This document shows, piece by piece, positions 22,505-36,556 of a stretch of 64,000 bases of DNA. The position numbers and the translations under genes were made by a program. The notes beneath the pieces are model-generated. The model ran no database searches. It was not told the origin of the DNA and saw nothing but the letters and a program-made list of their open reading frames with translations. Position 1 is the stretch's first letter. Every line of letters begins with the position of its first letter. Source of the DNA: Eledone cirrhosa (Eukaryota); the NCBI GenBank assembly GCA_964016885.1, contig OZ024742.1, positions 227,850,001-227,914,000 of the forward strand, written 5' to 3'.

Positions 22505-25500
22505 CTAACCCAGAATTTGTCTCCTATTATTGATGGTCGCTTGTTCAGTTTTCTTCTACGAAATGTAACGTACATATCCATTTCTTCTCAACTCTCCACA
22601 TTCGGTTCATTCATCTATATATCTTACAATCCCCCAGAATCAAAAAATCGTATTCAAAATTGGCTTTCTATAATTCTGTTCTTTCTCACCGTTGTTCTAA
22701 AAATAATTCTGCTCCTCGCAAACTACCCCATACTCCTCCCTCCCGCCCCCACTCTCCACCTTATTATTTGGACCAATCACAAGTAAACGACCTATGCTAG
22801 CTCTTCTGGTTGCTTTTTCGATATGATGGATGAACTAGGGAATTTCTGGAGAGTCAGAAGAATCTGGACACCCGAAGACAATGCAAAAGATAATGACAAA
22901 TTCACCTCATGCTGCCGGACGAAAGGGCAAAGCCCCACCCTCTTTGTTGCGGCCGCGGATGGCCAACATAACCCCAACCCCATCAACCACACCCCTCCCT
23001 GCAACCCACCGACCAAACGCAATCCAAAACTTCAGAGTTGGTACCATGAATGTAGGGACCTTAAAAGGCCGCTCAAACGAGGTTGTAGAAATGCTTGAAC
23101 GTAAGGAGGTTGATGTCTGCTGCATCCAAGAGACCAGGTGGAGGGGCGGGTCTGCTAGATTCATTGTGGGTAAAAAACGATGCTATAAGCTTTTCTGGGT
23201 GGGAAATGACAATGGGCTGGGTGGGGTAGGAATCATGTTAGCAGAAAAGTGGGCAGATAAAATAATAGACGTAAATAGAATGAACGACAGAATAATTAAA
23301 ATAAGACTTGTCCTCAATAAAACTATGGTGACAGTAATATCTGCGTACGCACCCCAATCCGGACTGCCCGGCGCTATAAAAGACAGATTCTACGAGACAC
23401 TGATGCTCGCTACCTCCCAAATAACCGACAGTGACTATATAGTTATTGCAGGCAACCTAAATGGTCACGTTGGACAACATTGTGACGGCTATGACGGAAT
23501 CCATGGAGGCTACGGGTTCGGTACTAGAAATGAGGAAGGCTCCAGAATCCTGGAATTCTGCGACGCAAATAACTTAACTATCTGTAACACTAACTTCAAA
23601 AAACGAGACAATCACTTGATCACCTATAGATCGGGGGAACACACAAGCCAGGTAGATTATATCCTTACCAGAAGACGTGACAGAGTGTCTGTTGTTAACA
23701 CTAAATCCCTCCCCCATGAAGAATTCACCTCCCAACATAGACTGATAATTAGCGACCTCATAGTCAGGACGAGACGTACTAGACAGCGGAAGAGGACTAT
23801 CCTCAGGAGAAAAATATGGAAGCTAAAGGACCCCATAGCCAGAAATAAATTTCAAAGCATATTACTTGACGCTTTCGACAGTAAGGAAGAGCAATTAGAG
23901 TCGTATAATATAGAGGAACAGTGGGAATTCCTGAGAGCAAACCTGCTGACGGCGGCAGACGAAGTCTGTGGCTGGAGCAGGCCTGTAGGTAGGAGGAGAG
24001 TAACATGGTGGTGGAACAGTAAGGTGGAGGAGTCAATTAAGGCCAAAAAGCAGGCTTGGAAAGTATGGCGGGATGGGGGAAGTAGAGAAGACTATCAAGT
24101 GGCCAGGAGGGAAGCTAGGAGACAAGTGTACTTCGCAAGAAGGGAAGCAGAGGAAAGAAAGTTCAAGCATGTTCTACAACGTGAGGACCAAAAACGTGAG
24201 GTGTTCAGGATTGCCAGGCAATGTGTCAAGGAAAACCGTGATATTGTTGGGGAGAAGTGTGTACTTAACGATGATGGCATACTTGCCATCACCGACGCTG
24301 ATAAGAAGGTAGCTTGGAAGTGTCACTATGAAAGGCTTCTAAATGAGGAGAACAAATGGGAGAAAGACAGTCTCCCCCACATCGACCCAATAGAGGGACC
24401 AGCAGTGTTAGTCCAGGGTAGTACAATAAGCAAGGCAATCAAAGATATGAAGACGGGTAAGGCGGCTGGTCCTTCGGAAATAGTTGCTGAGATGCTGAAG
24501 GCATCTGGTTCGGTGGGACACACCATGGTCACCCGGATAGTTAACCAAGTCGTACAGAATGGGGTTGTTCCGAAGGACTGGCGTAGCAGCATCATCGTTA
24601 ACTGCTATAAGGGAAAAGGAGATGCCCTAGATAGGAGTAACTATAGAGGCATTAAATTAATCGACCAGGTCATGAAGGTCACGGAAAAAGTAATAGCGCA
24701 ACAAATCAGAGAGAGAATTGATCTAGATGAAATGCAGTTCGGGTTTGTGTCAGGCAAAAGTACCACAGACGCTCTTTTCATTGTACGACAACTACAGGAG
24801 AAGTACCTAGCTAAAAGTAAACCCCTATACTTAGCTTTCGTCGACTTGGAGAAAGCCTTCGACAGAGTCCCCCGTTCCATTATCTGGTGGTCTCTTAGAA
24901 AACTAGGTGTTGACGAATGGCTTGTGAGAGCTATACAAGCCATGTATAAAGAAACAGTCAGTAAGGTTAGAATTAACAACGAATATAGTGAAGAGTTTAG
25001 CGTAAAAGTTGGTGTCCATCAGGGCTCTGTTCTCAGCCCCCTACTATTTATTATTGCCCTTCAGGCTATAACAGAGGAGTTCAAGACCGGCTGCCCATGG
25101 GAACTCCTATACGCAGATGATCTAACGCTCATAGCTGAATCAATGACCGAACTAGAGAAGAAATTCCAAACATGGAAGCACGGCCTAGAATCAAAAGGCC
25201 TTAAAATTAACCTGGCTAAGACTAAAGTTCTAGTTTGTAGGAAAGAAAATAAGGCGGCGGTCCCATCTGGGAAATGGCCATGCTCAGTGTGTAGGAAAGG
25301 CGTAGGTAGAAACTCCATTTTATGTCCCAAATGCAAAGTATGGGTGCATAAAAGATGTAGTGGGATCACAGGTAAGCTAACTAAGAACATAGATTTTACA
25401 TGTGGCCGGTGCTCTGGTGCAATAAGTAGCAGCAAGTGCCCACAAAATACTAGCTCCTTCAACTGCGCAGAGGGTTCTATAGAAATAGTGGACAGCTTCC

Positions 25501-26574
25501 GTTACCTGGGTGACAAAATCAGCAGTGGGGGAGGGTGCTCTGAAAGTACAGTAGCTAAAGTCAGAACTGGATGGAAAAAGTTCAGAGAGCTTATACCACT
25601 ATTAGCCGCTAGAGGGTTCTCCCTAAAAATGAAAGGCAGGTTATACGATGCCTGCATACGAACATCAATGCTGCATGGCAGTGAGACCTGGGCATTGTGT
25701 GCAGAGGATATACGCAGACTAGAGAGAAACGAAGCTTGCATGCTCCGCTGGATGTGCAATAGTAATATACGTGAACGGCAAAGCATAAATGAACTAAGGA
25801 AAAAATTAGAAATAAGAGGGATCAGATGTTGTTTACTCGAGAAGGCTACGTTGGTACGGTCACGTGATGCGCATGAAAGACGACAGCTGTATAACAAAGT
25901 GCAGGGCAATAAAGATAGACGGTAGCCACGGAGTAGGCAGACCCAGAGAAACATGGGACGAGCTGATAAATTCCGACCTCACACGCTTACACCTCTCCAA
26001 GACAATGTCACTGGACCGAGACCTTTGGCGGTACTCAGTAATAGAGAAGACCCGCCTTACCTAAATACAAAGTAAAAACCTACTACAGTCAGTAGGCATC
26101 TCTATCAAAACACACCCCGTCCCACCACCTCCACCCCATCCACACCGCCCCTTTCAATGTAAAGTTATGTTGGTCCCACAACATCCAGGCCGAAACAAAT
26201 GAGATCGTGTAGGTGTCACAACAAAAAAACACACAGTCCACGCTGTAAATGTGGCCGTGTAGGCAACACGGTAAAAACCTCCCAGCCCCACACTGTAAAT
26301 GTGGTTGGTGTTAGGAAGGGCATCCAGCTGTAGAAAACCCGCCAGACAGTCCACGCTGTAATGTGGCCGTGTAGGCAACACTGTAAAAACCTCCCAGCCC
26401 CACACTGTAAATGTGGTTGGTGTTAGGAAGGGCATCCAACTGTAGAAAACCCGCCAGACAGTCCTATGCGAGCAAGACAACCACTCTTGCCTCAAGTGGG
26501 AAAACCCCCGTCCAAACCCATGCAAGCATGGAACACGGACGCTAAACCTGATGATGATGATGATGATAATGATG
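22505..26574 (+). mobile_element. Full-length but disabled RTE LINE nested in the Penelope-like element
   Basis: ORF 22881-26064 is broken by a 2-bp deletion near 25840, and APE GDFN is changed to GNLN. PHD-type finger at 25281-25412. (GAT)n tail. TSD ATATAAT at 22498-22504 and 26575-26581. Confidence 0.93.
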
Positions 26575-26738
26575 ATATAATAAATTGAAGTGAAAGCAAC
26601 TGGTGCGTGTGTTTCTTATTGGCAACATGACTCTCCCAAAGTATAACAATATCGGTTTCAACACACGATTTCAGATAAAGAATCTTACTAAACAAATTCA
26701 GAAACGAAATATATATATATAATTATATATATATAAAT

Positions 26739-27836
26739 ATGAAAGGCAGGTTGTATGATGCCTGCATACGAACAGCAATGTTGCATGGCAGTGAGACCTG
26801 GGCATTGTGTGCAGAGGATAAACGCAGACTAGAGGAACGAAGCTTGCATGCTCCGCTGGATGTGTAATAGTAATATACGTGAACGGCAAAGCATAAACGA
26901 ACTAAGGAAAAAATTCGAAATAAGAGGGATCAGATGTTGTTTACTCGAGAGAAGGCTACGTTGGTACGGTCACGTGATGCGCATGAAAGACGACAGCTGT
27001 ATAACAAAGTGCAGGGCAATAAAGATAGACGGTAGCCACGGAGTAGGCAGACCCAGAGAAACATGGGACGAGCTGATTTATTCCGACCTCACACGCTTAC
27101 ACCTCTCCAAGACAATGTCACTGGACCGAGACCTTTGGCGGTACTCAGTAATAGAGAAGACCCGCCTTACCTAAATACAAAGTAAAAACCTACTGCAGTC
27201 AGTAGGCATCTCTATCAAAACACACCCCGTCCCACCACCTCCACCCCATCCACACCGCCCCTTTCAATGTAAAGTTATGTTGGTCCCACAACATCCAGGC
27301 CGAAACAAATGAGATCGTGTAGGTGTCACGACAAAAAAACACACAGTCCACGCTGTAAATGTGGCCGTGTAGGCAACACGGTAAAAACCTCCCAGCCCCA
27401 CACTGTAAATGTGGTTGGTGTTAGGAAGGGCATCCAGCTGTAGAAAACCCGCCAGACAGTCCACGCTGTAATGTGGCCGTGTAGGCAACACTGTAAAAAC
27501 CTCCCAGCCCCACACTGTAAATGTGGTTGGTGTTAGGAAGGGCATCCAACTGTAGAAAACCCGCCAGACAGTCTTATGCGAGCAAGACAACCACTCTTGC
27601 CTCAAGTGGGAAAACCCCCGTCCAAACCCATGCAAGCGTGGAACACGGACGCTAAACCTGATGATGATGATGATATAATAAATTGAAGTGAAAGCAACTG
27701 GTGCGTGTGTTTCTTATTGGCAACATGACCCTCCCAAAGTATAACAATATCGGTTTCAACACACGATTTCAGATAAAGAATCTTGCTAAACAAATTCAGA
27801 AACAAAATATATATATATAATTATATATATATAAAT
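26739..27836 (+). repeat. About 1.1-kb tandem duplication unit: chimeric RTE 3' end, PLE tail and (TA)n spacer
   Basis: Repeats 25629-26738 and 27837-28663. The PLE tail 26575-26710 is repeated at 27673-27808. Confidence 0.9.
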
Positions 27837-28663
27837 ATGAAAGGCAGGTTGTATGATGCCTGCATACGAACAGCAATGTTGCATGGCAGTGAGACCTGGG
27901 CATTGTGTGCAGAGGATATACGCAGACTAGAGGAACGAAGCTTGCATGCTCCGCTGGATGTGTAATAGTAATATACGTGAACGGCAAAGCATAAACGAAC
28001 TAAGGAAAAAATTCGAAATAAGAGGGATCAGATGTTGTTTACTCGAGAGAAGGCTACGTTGGTATGGTCACGTGATGCGCATGAAAGACGATAGCTGTAT
28101 AAAAAAGTGCAGGGCAATAAAGATAGACGGTAGCCACGGAGTAGGCAGACCCAGAAAAACCTGGGACGAGCTGAAAAATTCCAACCTCACACACTTACAC
28201 CTCTCCAAGACAATGTCACTGGACCGAGACCTTTGGCGGTACTCAGTAATAGAGAAGACCCGCCTTACCTAAATACAAAGTAAAACCTACTACAGTCAGT
28301 AGACATCTCTAACAAAATACACCCCCGTCCCACCACTTCCACCCCATCCACACCGCCCCTTTCAATGTAAAGTTATGTTGGTGCCACAACATCCAGGCCG
28401 AAACAAATGAGATCGTGTAGGTGTCACGACAAAAAAACACACAGTCCACGCTGTAATGTGGCCGTGTAGGCAACACAGTAAAAACCTCCCAGCCCCACAC
28501 TGTAAATGTGGTTGGTGTTAGGAAGGGCATCCAGCTGTAGAAAACCCGCCAGACAGTCCTATGCGAGCAATGACAACCACTCTTGCCTCAAGTGGGAAAA
28601 CTCCCGTCCAAACCCATGCAAGCGTGGAACATGGACGTTAAACGATGATGATGATGATGATGA
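27837..28663 (+). mobile_element. 5'-truncated RTE LINE
   Basis: RTE C-terminal coding region, 3'UTR and (GAT)n tail, flanked by AAATATATAT..AATTATAT on both sides. Confidence 0.9.
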
Positions 28664-28890
28664 AATATATATATAATTATATGTAGAAGTTCTATTTAAA
28701 TTGTTGGGATACAACAAGCAAATATTTTTTATAACTGATATAAAGCACTCAACAAATTATTGGAGTAAAAATACGATATATTAACAAATGGAAACTATAT
28801 TTATAAAACCATATTTATTTCATTATACATATTTCAAGGACACCAAGTTAAATTATGGTGTGCTTTCATCAGATAAAATATAATATAGAT

Positions 28891-29210
28891 CATGGCTTAG
28901 TGGTTAGAGCATTGGCCTTGCAATCGAAAGGTTGTGAGTTCAATTCTCAGACCGGGTGATGTGTTGTTTCCTTGAGAAAGACACTTTATTTCACATTGCT
29001 CCAGTTTACTCAGATGTAGAAATGAGATGATAGCGACTGCGGTCCCTATCATTCCACTTCAAAGTGGTCGTGTAGGTGCCACAGCAAAAAAGCACCCAGC
29101 ACTCACTGTAAATGAGGTTGGTGTTAGGAAGAGCATCCAGCTGTAGAAATCAAGCCAGAATCAGTTCCCGTCCCACCTTTGCAAGCAGGGAAAAGCGGAC
29201 GTAAAAATGA
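28891..29210 (+). mobile_element. tRNA-derived SINE with RTE tail (second copy)
   Basis: Near-identical to 4820-5140. Confidence 0.85.
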
Positions 29211-29239
29211 AAATGAAATGAAAAATGAAAAATATAAAT

Positions 29240-30710
29240 CTGTGGTTGGAGCAGGCCTCTAGGGAAGAGAGTGGGTTGGTGGAACAGTAGGGTGTGGGAG
29301 ATAATTAAGGCCAAAAGACAGGCATGGAAAGAATGGCAGAATGGGGGAAGTAAAGAGCATTACCAGGATGCTAGGAGAGGAGCTAGGCAACAGGTATACT
29401 TTGCAAGAAAGAAAGCAGAAACTAAGAAATTTAAATATTTTCTGCAGCGCGAGGACCAAAGGATTGCAAGGCAGTGTGTCAGGGAATTTTGTGATGTTGA
29501 CAGAGAGAAGTGTGTCCAAGATGATAATGGTGTGCTTGCACTCACAGATGCTGAAAAGAAGGTAACATGGAAGTGCCACTATGAAAGGCTACTGAACAAG
29601 GAGAATGCATGGGAAGAAGTACCTAGCCAAAAGTAAACCCCTCTCCATTCTTAGCCTTATACTGTTTATTATCGTCCTGTAGGCTATAACAGATTTCTTT
29701 AAGACTGGCTGCCCATGGGAACCCTGTATGCAGATGATCTAACCCTTATAGCTGAATCTATGGCAGAGCTAGAGAAGAAATTCCAAATCTGGAAGCAACG
29801 CCTAGAATCTAAAGGTCTTAAAATCAACTTCGCAAAGTCCAAAGTCCAAGTGTTTAGAAAGGATAACAGGGCCCAGATTCCCTCAAGAAAATTGCCTTGC
29901 TTAGTCTGCAGGAAAGGAGTAGGTAGAAATTCCATCACAAACCCCAAATTCAAACTCTGGGTACACAAGAGATGTAGTGGGATTTCAGGTAGGCTAGCAA
30001 ACAATGCAGGTTTTGTATGTGGTCATTGCACAGATACAGTAAGCAGCAAGAACCCACAAGATACTAGCTCCTTTAAATGGCCAGAGGGCTCAGTAGAAGT
30101 AGTTGATAGCTTCTGTTACCTGGGTGGCCAAATTAACAAAAGAGGTGTGTTTCAAAAGTACTGTAACCAGAGTGAGAATGGGATGGAGAGAGTTCAGTGA
30201 GCTACTACTGATGCTAACTACAAAAGACTAGGATGACTTGGGATGAGGTGATAAAAGCTGACTTTGCACAATGGCATCTCTCGAAGGCAGACACAAGACC
30301 GAAATCTCTGGCATTATGCAGTAATACAGAAGACTTGCCTTCCCACATGAGGACTGGTGCATGGGTTGAAACATACATCTAGTATGCACCTTCACCTCCC
30401 ATGTCCTAACACCTCACCCATACCCTAACACCCCACTTCTCACCCACAATCTACCTCCCCAATTCCCCACCAAAGTCCCAAGCCCACACTGTAAAGTGGT
30501 CGTGTTGGTGACATGACAAAAATTGCCCAGTTCACACTGTAAAATAGCCGCGTAGGCCTCAGGGCAAAAAGCGCCCAGCCTACACTCTAAATGTGGTTGG
30601 TGTTAGGAAGGATATCCAGCCATAGAAACTAAGCCATTACCAGTTCTGTATGAGCAAGACACAGTCACCTGATATGTCTCACAGCGGGACAACTTGTCTA
30701 ATCCATGTTG
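29240..30710 (+). mobile_element. Degenerate, internally deleted RTE LINE
   Basis: WWNSRV...HYERLLNKENAW, then LYADDLTLIAES and a decayed PHD finger. The RTE 3'UTR runs to about 30710. Confidence 0.85.
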
Positions 30711-31028
30711 ACACACACACGTATTCATATATATGTATATATGTATATACATATATATATATATATATAGACATATATATATGTTTACACACACAAACAT
30801 ATATACATTCATACACACAATGAAAGACACTGTGTAAAAATTTCAAATAACCTTTTAAATAATCAAGAATTTGGAGGGATTTTGAAATATGACTAATTTT
30901 CTCATTATTAAGCTGGTGGTTAGGAACATAGCTTAAACTTTCTTACAGAACCAGGAGTGGTTTTGGTCGGGTTGGTATCAAAAGGGTTAAATACATTGTT
31001 TGAAATCAATGGCACAAATAACACTTAC

Positions 31029-31158
31029 TGATATCATGTAAAAAGACAAGAAATTCCTCTTCATGCATTCCAAATGCAAATTCTGGCTTTTGTAACATTC
31101 GAAATAGTGTGCCTTCAGAACAAAACTGCATAACGAGGACTGGAATGTTTGAATACAG
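31029..31158 (-). CDS. TBK1: TBK1 coding exon 3 (LYSNIPVLVMQFCSEGTLFRMLQKPEFAFGMHEEEFLVFLHDI)
   Basis: Translated by hand; this frame is not in the ORF track. Hinge VMQFC corresponds to TBK1 IMEFC. ttctag| acceptor, |gtaagt donor. 130 nt, phase 0/1. Confidence 0.9.
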
Positions 31159-31439
31159 CTAGAACAAATAAACATTTAAATTTAAAAAATATTGTAGTTT
31201 GCTTGAAGCATTGTGGAACATGAAAACATGCTACAATTCAGATGGGGTGTAATTACTAAGGTTACAAAATCGAGTGAAGAATGAAAGTGGCGAGGTTGAA
31301 TGGAGAAGAGGAAGAAAAATAAGAATCAGTGACGTTACCTTGGAAATATTTATTAGTCTCTCTGTGGCTGACTGAGACATGCCATCAAGGCCAACTTCTG
31401 CAGAAACGCTTGCCAACTTAAATGCTGTCCACAATCAAT

Positions 31440-32880
31440 GCTACTGAAATTATCAACACCACAACAGCCAATTCAAAATTTCCCACCAACCCACACACAT
31501 TACGAGATCACAACATGCCATTTTGAAAGACATGAAGTCAAGGAACCTAACACCATGAAATCAACACCACCAGGAACAATATCCATGACTGTCAGAAACT
31601 CCTAAAGCGGTTCAAGAACAACTTTTTAATGAACAGCAAGCTAAACTTTTTACTACCTCATCATGATTCATAAGTAAGGACCAGACTTTAAAATTGGGGC
31701 CATTGTATCCAGCATGATTTCATGGCACCTATCCAGGATCATAAAACCAATACTAGCCACTATTCTTGGCCACATCAACAGTTCAAAAGAAGTCATTAAA
31801 TGACTCCACCAACTGGGCCCTGGTTTCTGCAAGAAAAATAGGTATGCTTTCAACCTCGACATAGTAACCTTACACACTTATCAGTACCCACACTCCTGGC
31901 TGTAGACATCCTGACAGAATGCATCCAATCCACAAATTTGCAATGCTTTGGCCTCACCCCAACCGATATCCATCAGTTTCTATTCATTGTCATCAACATG
32001 CTCTTCCTTGGCCTAACTTACAAATAAACTTTGGGACTACCTATGGGATCCAGCCAGTCGGGTATACTGTCCATATACATGGACCAACTTGAACACAGAG
32101 CCCTCAACATGAGCCATGCCTGTGCCTTCTTCACCCTTCTTGATTTCTGATTGGACATCAAGGCAGGCAATGAAATCAACACCAACTTCTACTGCAATGT
32201 AGCTTGCAGGGACCTGTTCATCCATTACAAATCTGCCCTTTCCAACAGTGGAAAAAGAGGATACATCAAAAACAAACTCACATGAATACAAAACAGTTGT
32301 AGTGACACTGCAAGTAGAATCACTCACAAAAGTCAGTTCCACAAGATGTTGGGGGCCAATGATTATCCAACACCTTCCACCAATAAAATGTGGGACCCCA
32401 AGCCCAGAAAATGGAACAGCTTGCCCAACAGTTGCTTCATTAAAACCCTGTACCTCAGTGAGGAAACCACCAGTGCTACCCAGAGGGCCATCCAGAGAGA
32501 GGGTCTCGATATTCAACTGGCCCTCTCAAGACCCTAACCATAAAACAACCCTGCAACAAGGAGAACACATGCTCTCTTAGCAACTGCCCAATATGCAACA
32601 CAAGCTACATAGTATATAGACAAGAATGTGATAAGTGCAACAATTACTACACCCGTGGCATATTTTGACACTTGCACATCAGAATTAAAAAAACACAACA
32701 CCACTAATTCCTCATCGTTCCAAAAACACATGCTTGAATGTGGAAACAAAGACAAGAGCCTCACTCTCACGAAACTAGCCACAGAATGCAACATAGGCAC
32801 CTTGCAGATCAATGAAGCACCTTTGATAAAATAACAGAAACTGCCCATCAATAACAGATGGGAAAGAAACAAGACACAAT
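31440..32880 (+). mobile_element. Degenerate Penelope-like element of a different family
   Basis: Broken frames read GLPMGSSQSGILSIYMDQLE (RT), DLFIHYKSAL, and YIVYRQECDKCNNYY...INEAPLIK (GIY-YIG). Confidence 0.7.
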
Positions 32881-33376
32881 GGTTAATATGACCTGGCCAC
32901 CAAAACCAAAATAAATAAGTAAATGAGTGAATAAATAAACTACACAACAACGATAAAATGCACCCAACACACCCTATGAATTGGTGTGGCACGTAGTGGA
33001 ACAGACTAAAGTCAGTTCTAACTCCAATATGTGTCACACATTTTGGAGTAGAAAGGATGAAAGACAAAGTTAACTTTGGTGAGAGTTGGAATGAGAGCAC
33101 TGTGAGCTGTAACAAATATAAAACTACAATTTGCAGCTATAAAATGAAATGCTTATACTATTCATAAGAGGTTTCTCAGGTATTTCAATAATACAGGCCC
33201 TAGCCCTATCACGAAAAGCAATGTAAAATGAAGTGCCTTATTCAAAAAAGCAACATGTTGCCCAGACCAGGAATTGAACCCACAACCATATGATTGTGAG
33301 TCCAACACCCTTACATCTAGGCCATTTCAACACTATGTGACATAAAAAAAAGCCAAAGGCAATGCGTTTTACTTAC

Positions 33377-33517
33377 ATCAGGCTCCATAGCATATAACTG
33401 AACAACATTATTGTGACACAGCATTTTAAGAACAGCAAATTCTCGTCTCTGAATCAACATTGTTCTGGAGTCTGAAGGCTGGGAAAATACTTTCACTGCT
33501 ACTTCTTCCCCATTGCA
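33377..33517 (-). CDS. TBK1: TBK1 coding exon 2 (CNGEEVAVKVFSQPSDSRTMLIQRREFAVLKMLCHNNVVQLYAMEPD)
   Basis: VAVK catalytic lysine and alphaC Glu (RREF). ttttacag| acceptor, |gtaagt donor. 141 nt, phase 0/0. Confidence 0.92.
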
Positions 33518-34549
33518 CTGTAAAATATAGAAATAAATATATATATAATATATATACACACACAGTTACTTAAACTGTTGACTGTTGCATATATTTTACA
33601 CAGCTACAATTGTTGTGCCGCTTTTCTTTTTAGTAAAATGACTATTTCTTTAAACAAACATTTATTAACAACACATATCTAAATGATTGACAAATGTCAC
33701 ATCAATAAATTAGTAACCCCCATCTAGCTTTGAAGTTATGAATTGTTGGAAAAGAGTTCAAACATGTTAGGATGAGTTAGCTCGTCTACGGCACTGAAGA
33801 GGTTAATATTACACAATAAAAGGAGATGAAAAACTCCATACGTTTGACTTAATGGTATATCTCAGCAGCACCCACAGACAAGTTGACGAAAGCATATGTC
33901 ATCATCATCATCATTATTTTATGTCCACTTTTCCCTGCTTGCAAGAGTGGGATGAGTCCTATTCAGCATCTTTCCACTTGTCACGGTCCTTCGTCATCTC
34001 CTCTGTGAGCTTCAGCAATCTGAGGTCTGCTCTTACCACCTCCACCCAAGTTTGTCATAGTGGACAATTGGAATTTTCTATGGGACAACCTGATTTGGGC
34101 TACTGAGGAGATTTGTGGCTGAAGCAATGTACCAGTCAGACAAAAGTTGACTTAGTGGTGGAACAGTATGTAGATAGAGCCATTACAGCTAAGAGATAGA
34201 CAAGGAAAGACTGGAAAATGGGGCATATAGGGTATTTTAAAGGTGGGTTTTGTACATTTAGCTATGTAAACTATATGCCCAGGTGGTGGTGTTTCTACAA
34301 AGTTTGGAAAATCTACTTTTGGAGTTGAGATATTCATTGGAAGATTTTAAAACCTGGAGTATTCTGCTTTTTTGCTGGGTCAAAGCTCACATTTCAATAA
34401 TCCATTGGTGTATGGACTGAGTTTTTCTAGTATCCTCCATTTTAGTTTATGGGGTATACCTTTATCCTTTAGTTCCCCATACATCGGCAGTAGCTATCTT
34501 TATTTCAGGGTACCTGAATATCCAAACATGAGTAAAATCTTTGCTTAAG

Positions 34550-35545
34550 TAAGAAGTCATCTTCCATATGCATCACATGACTATACCAATGCAGTCTTTC
34601 CTCTTGCACACTACATGCTATTCTTCTTATGCCAAGTTTTTTTTCTCGGCTCACTTACACTACATCATGGACACTGACACTAAACATCCATCTGAGCATA
34701 CTTGCTTCATTTCCTTCTGGCTTTAGTAGGTTTTCTGCAGTGAAGACCTGATGTTTCACTGCATTGCAACCTTGCAGTTTGAAGGCTGGCATCATACAGT
34801 CTACTCTTCACTACGAGAAAAAAGTACTTTGTTGTCAGCAGAAGTACCAACTCTCTAAACTTCTTCCAGCCTGTTCTACTATATTTTCAGAGCACCCTAC
34901 TCCACTGCTGATTAGATCTAGGTAATGAAAACTGTCAACAATTTCTAGGGAGCCTCCTTGGCAACTAAGGAAATCTATTTCATGTGTGCTCTTATTGCTT
35001 ATTTTTCCTGTGCATCTGCCACATACAAAGTCTATCTTTTCTGTTAACTTGGCTCTAATCCCACTACATCTTTTCTGTGTGTCCGTAGATTACACTGTAT
35101 GCACCTTATGGAATTTCTGCCCATCCCTTTTCCAGATATCGATCAAGGCCACTTCCCTAAAGATATCAGCTTCTCTTTCTTACTTATTAAGACTTTAATT
35201 TGCACTATGTTTATTTTTTAGGCTTTATAAATCTAGGTTTTTCTTCCATGCTTGAAATGTTGCCTCTAACTCTCCTAAGGATTCAGCTATGAAGACTAGG
35301 TCATCAGCATATAAGAGCTCCCATGGATTGCAAGTTTTAAACTCCTCGGTGATGGCCTGAAGGACAATGATGAACAGGATTCGACAGGACTGAGCTCTGG
35401 TGGATGCTCACCTGCACTTCAAATTCATCACTGTACTCATTGCAAACTCACACTCAGCTGGTTGCTCCTCTCTATATGGCCTGTACATCTCTCACAAGCC
35501 ATTCATCTACACCTAGCTTCCAAGGTGCCCACCAGATTACAAATA
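34550..35545 (-). mobile_element. Degenerate RTE LINE fragment
   Basis: Minus strand contains remnants of LGVDEWLV, PWELLYADDLV and GWKKFREL. An RTE 3' end lies at about 33900-34050. Confidence 0.7.
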
Positions 35546-36556
35546 TATATTGAAAACAGGAAATTGCTTTGGTTTCATAATTTATATTAAAAAAATGTGT
35601 ATATGTACAGCTATTTGTTTCACTAGGAATATTGAAACATGTTAACATTTACATTACCACATTTCTAATGAAAGACAGTCTATGACTTTTAAATAATTTT
35701 ATAAATTATCATGAATTTTGAGGCATTAGCAATATGATTAACTTTCTTATTATGTGGAAGGATTTCAGACAGATATATACACCAACCCTTTTCTTACAGT
35801 GGTTAGTCTTGCAAGCACCATTAATAGGCATTATTGTTTTCTATAAGGAGCGGTGGATTGGCAGTATTGGTAGAGGGTCGGATGCCATGCTTTCCAGCAT
35901 AGTTACGTCCCTTTACGATCTGAGTTCAAATCCCGCCGAGGTTGACTTTGCCTTTCATCCTTACGGGGTCGATAAAATAAAGTACCAGTAATGCACTGGG
36001 TAATTGCTGGCCTTGTGCCTAAAGTAGAAACAATTATTGTTTTCTAATATAGATACCAGAGTTAGTCTTGCAAGTACCATGACAAGCTTCTCTATTTTTG
36101 CCTATCATCTGCATACCCCTCACCAACCCCCAGCTTTCATTTCCTCTTCCATCATTTTCCTGTCTTTCTTGGTTTTCCCCTTCCTCTACTTTCTTTCACA
36201 TTTAGTTATATCACTCCTATCACCTAGTCACTTTACCCTTCCTCAACACATGACCCCACTATCTCATTCCATTTCTCTTTATAATGTTCATCACTGGTTA
36301 TATTCCCATCACCTTCTCACTTACTCACTTCACCCTTCCTCAACACATGACCCAACCATCTCATTCCATTTCTTCTCACATCATTAAACTCTATTTCCAT
36401 CATCCCTTTCATCCAACTCTTGTTTGCAGGGAAAACAAAAGCTAAACGATAATGATGTTATACACAAACAGAGGGTAGGTTTTTTTTAAAAGATTCCATT
36501 TATAATTTGAAAAAATAAAATAATAATTTCTTTATTGGCCACAATAATATTATTAC

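Noticed and set aside
31230-31285. Decayed hammerhead at the 5' side of the old PLE
   Set aside because: Only a stem-II-like hairpin is visible, and both core boxes are unrecognisable.
31338-31445. Possible TBK1 exon (good AG and GT signals, ORF 31231-31434)
   Set aside because: No kinase similarity in any frame. The true exon is 31029-31158, and this region adjoins a PLE remnant.
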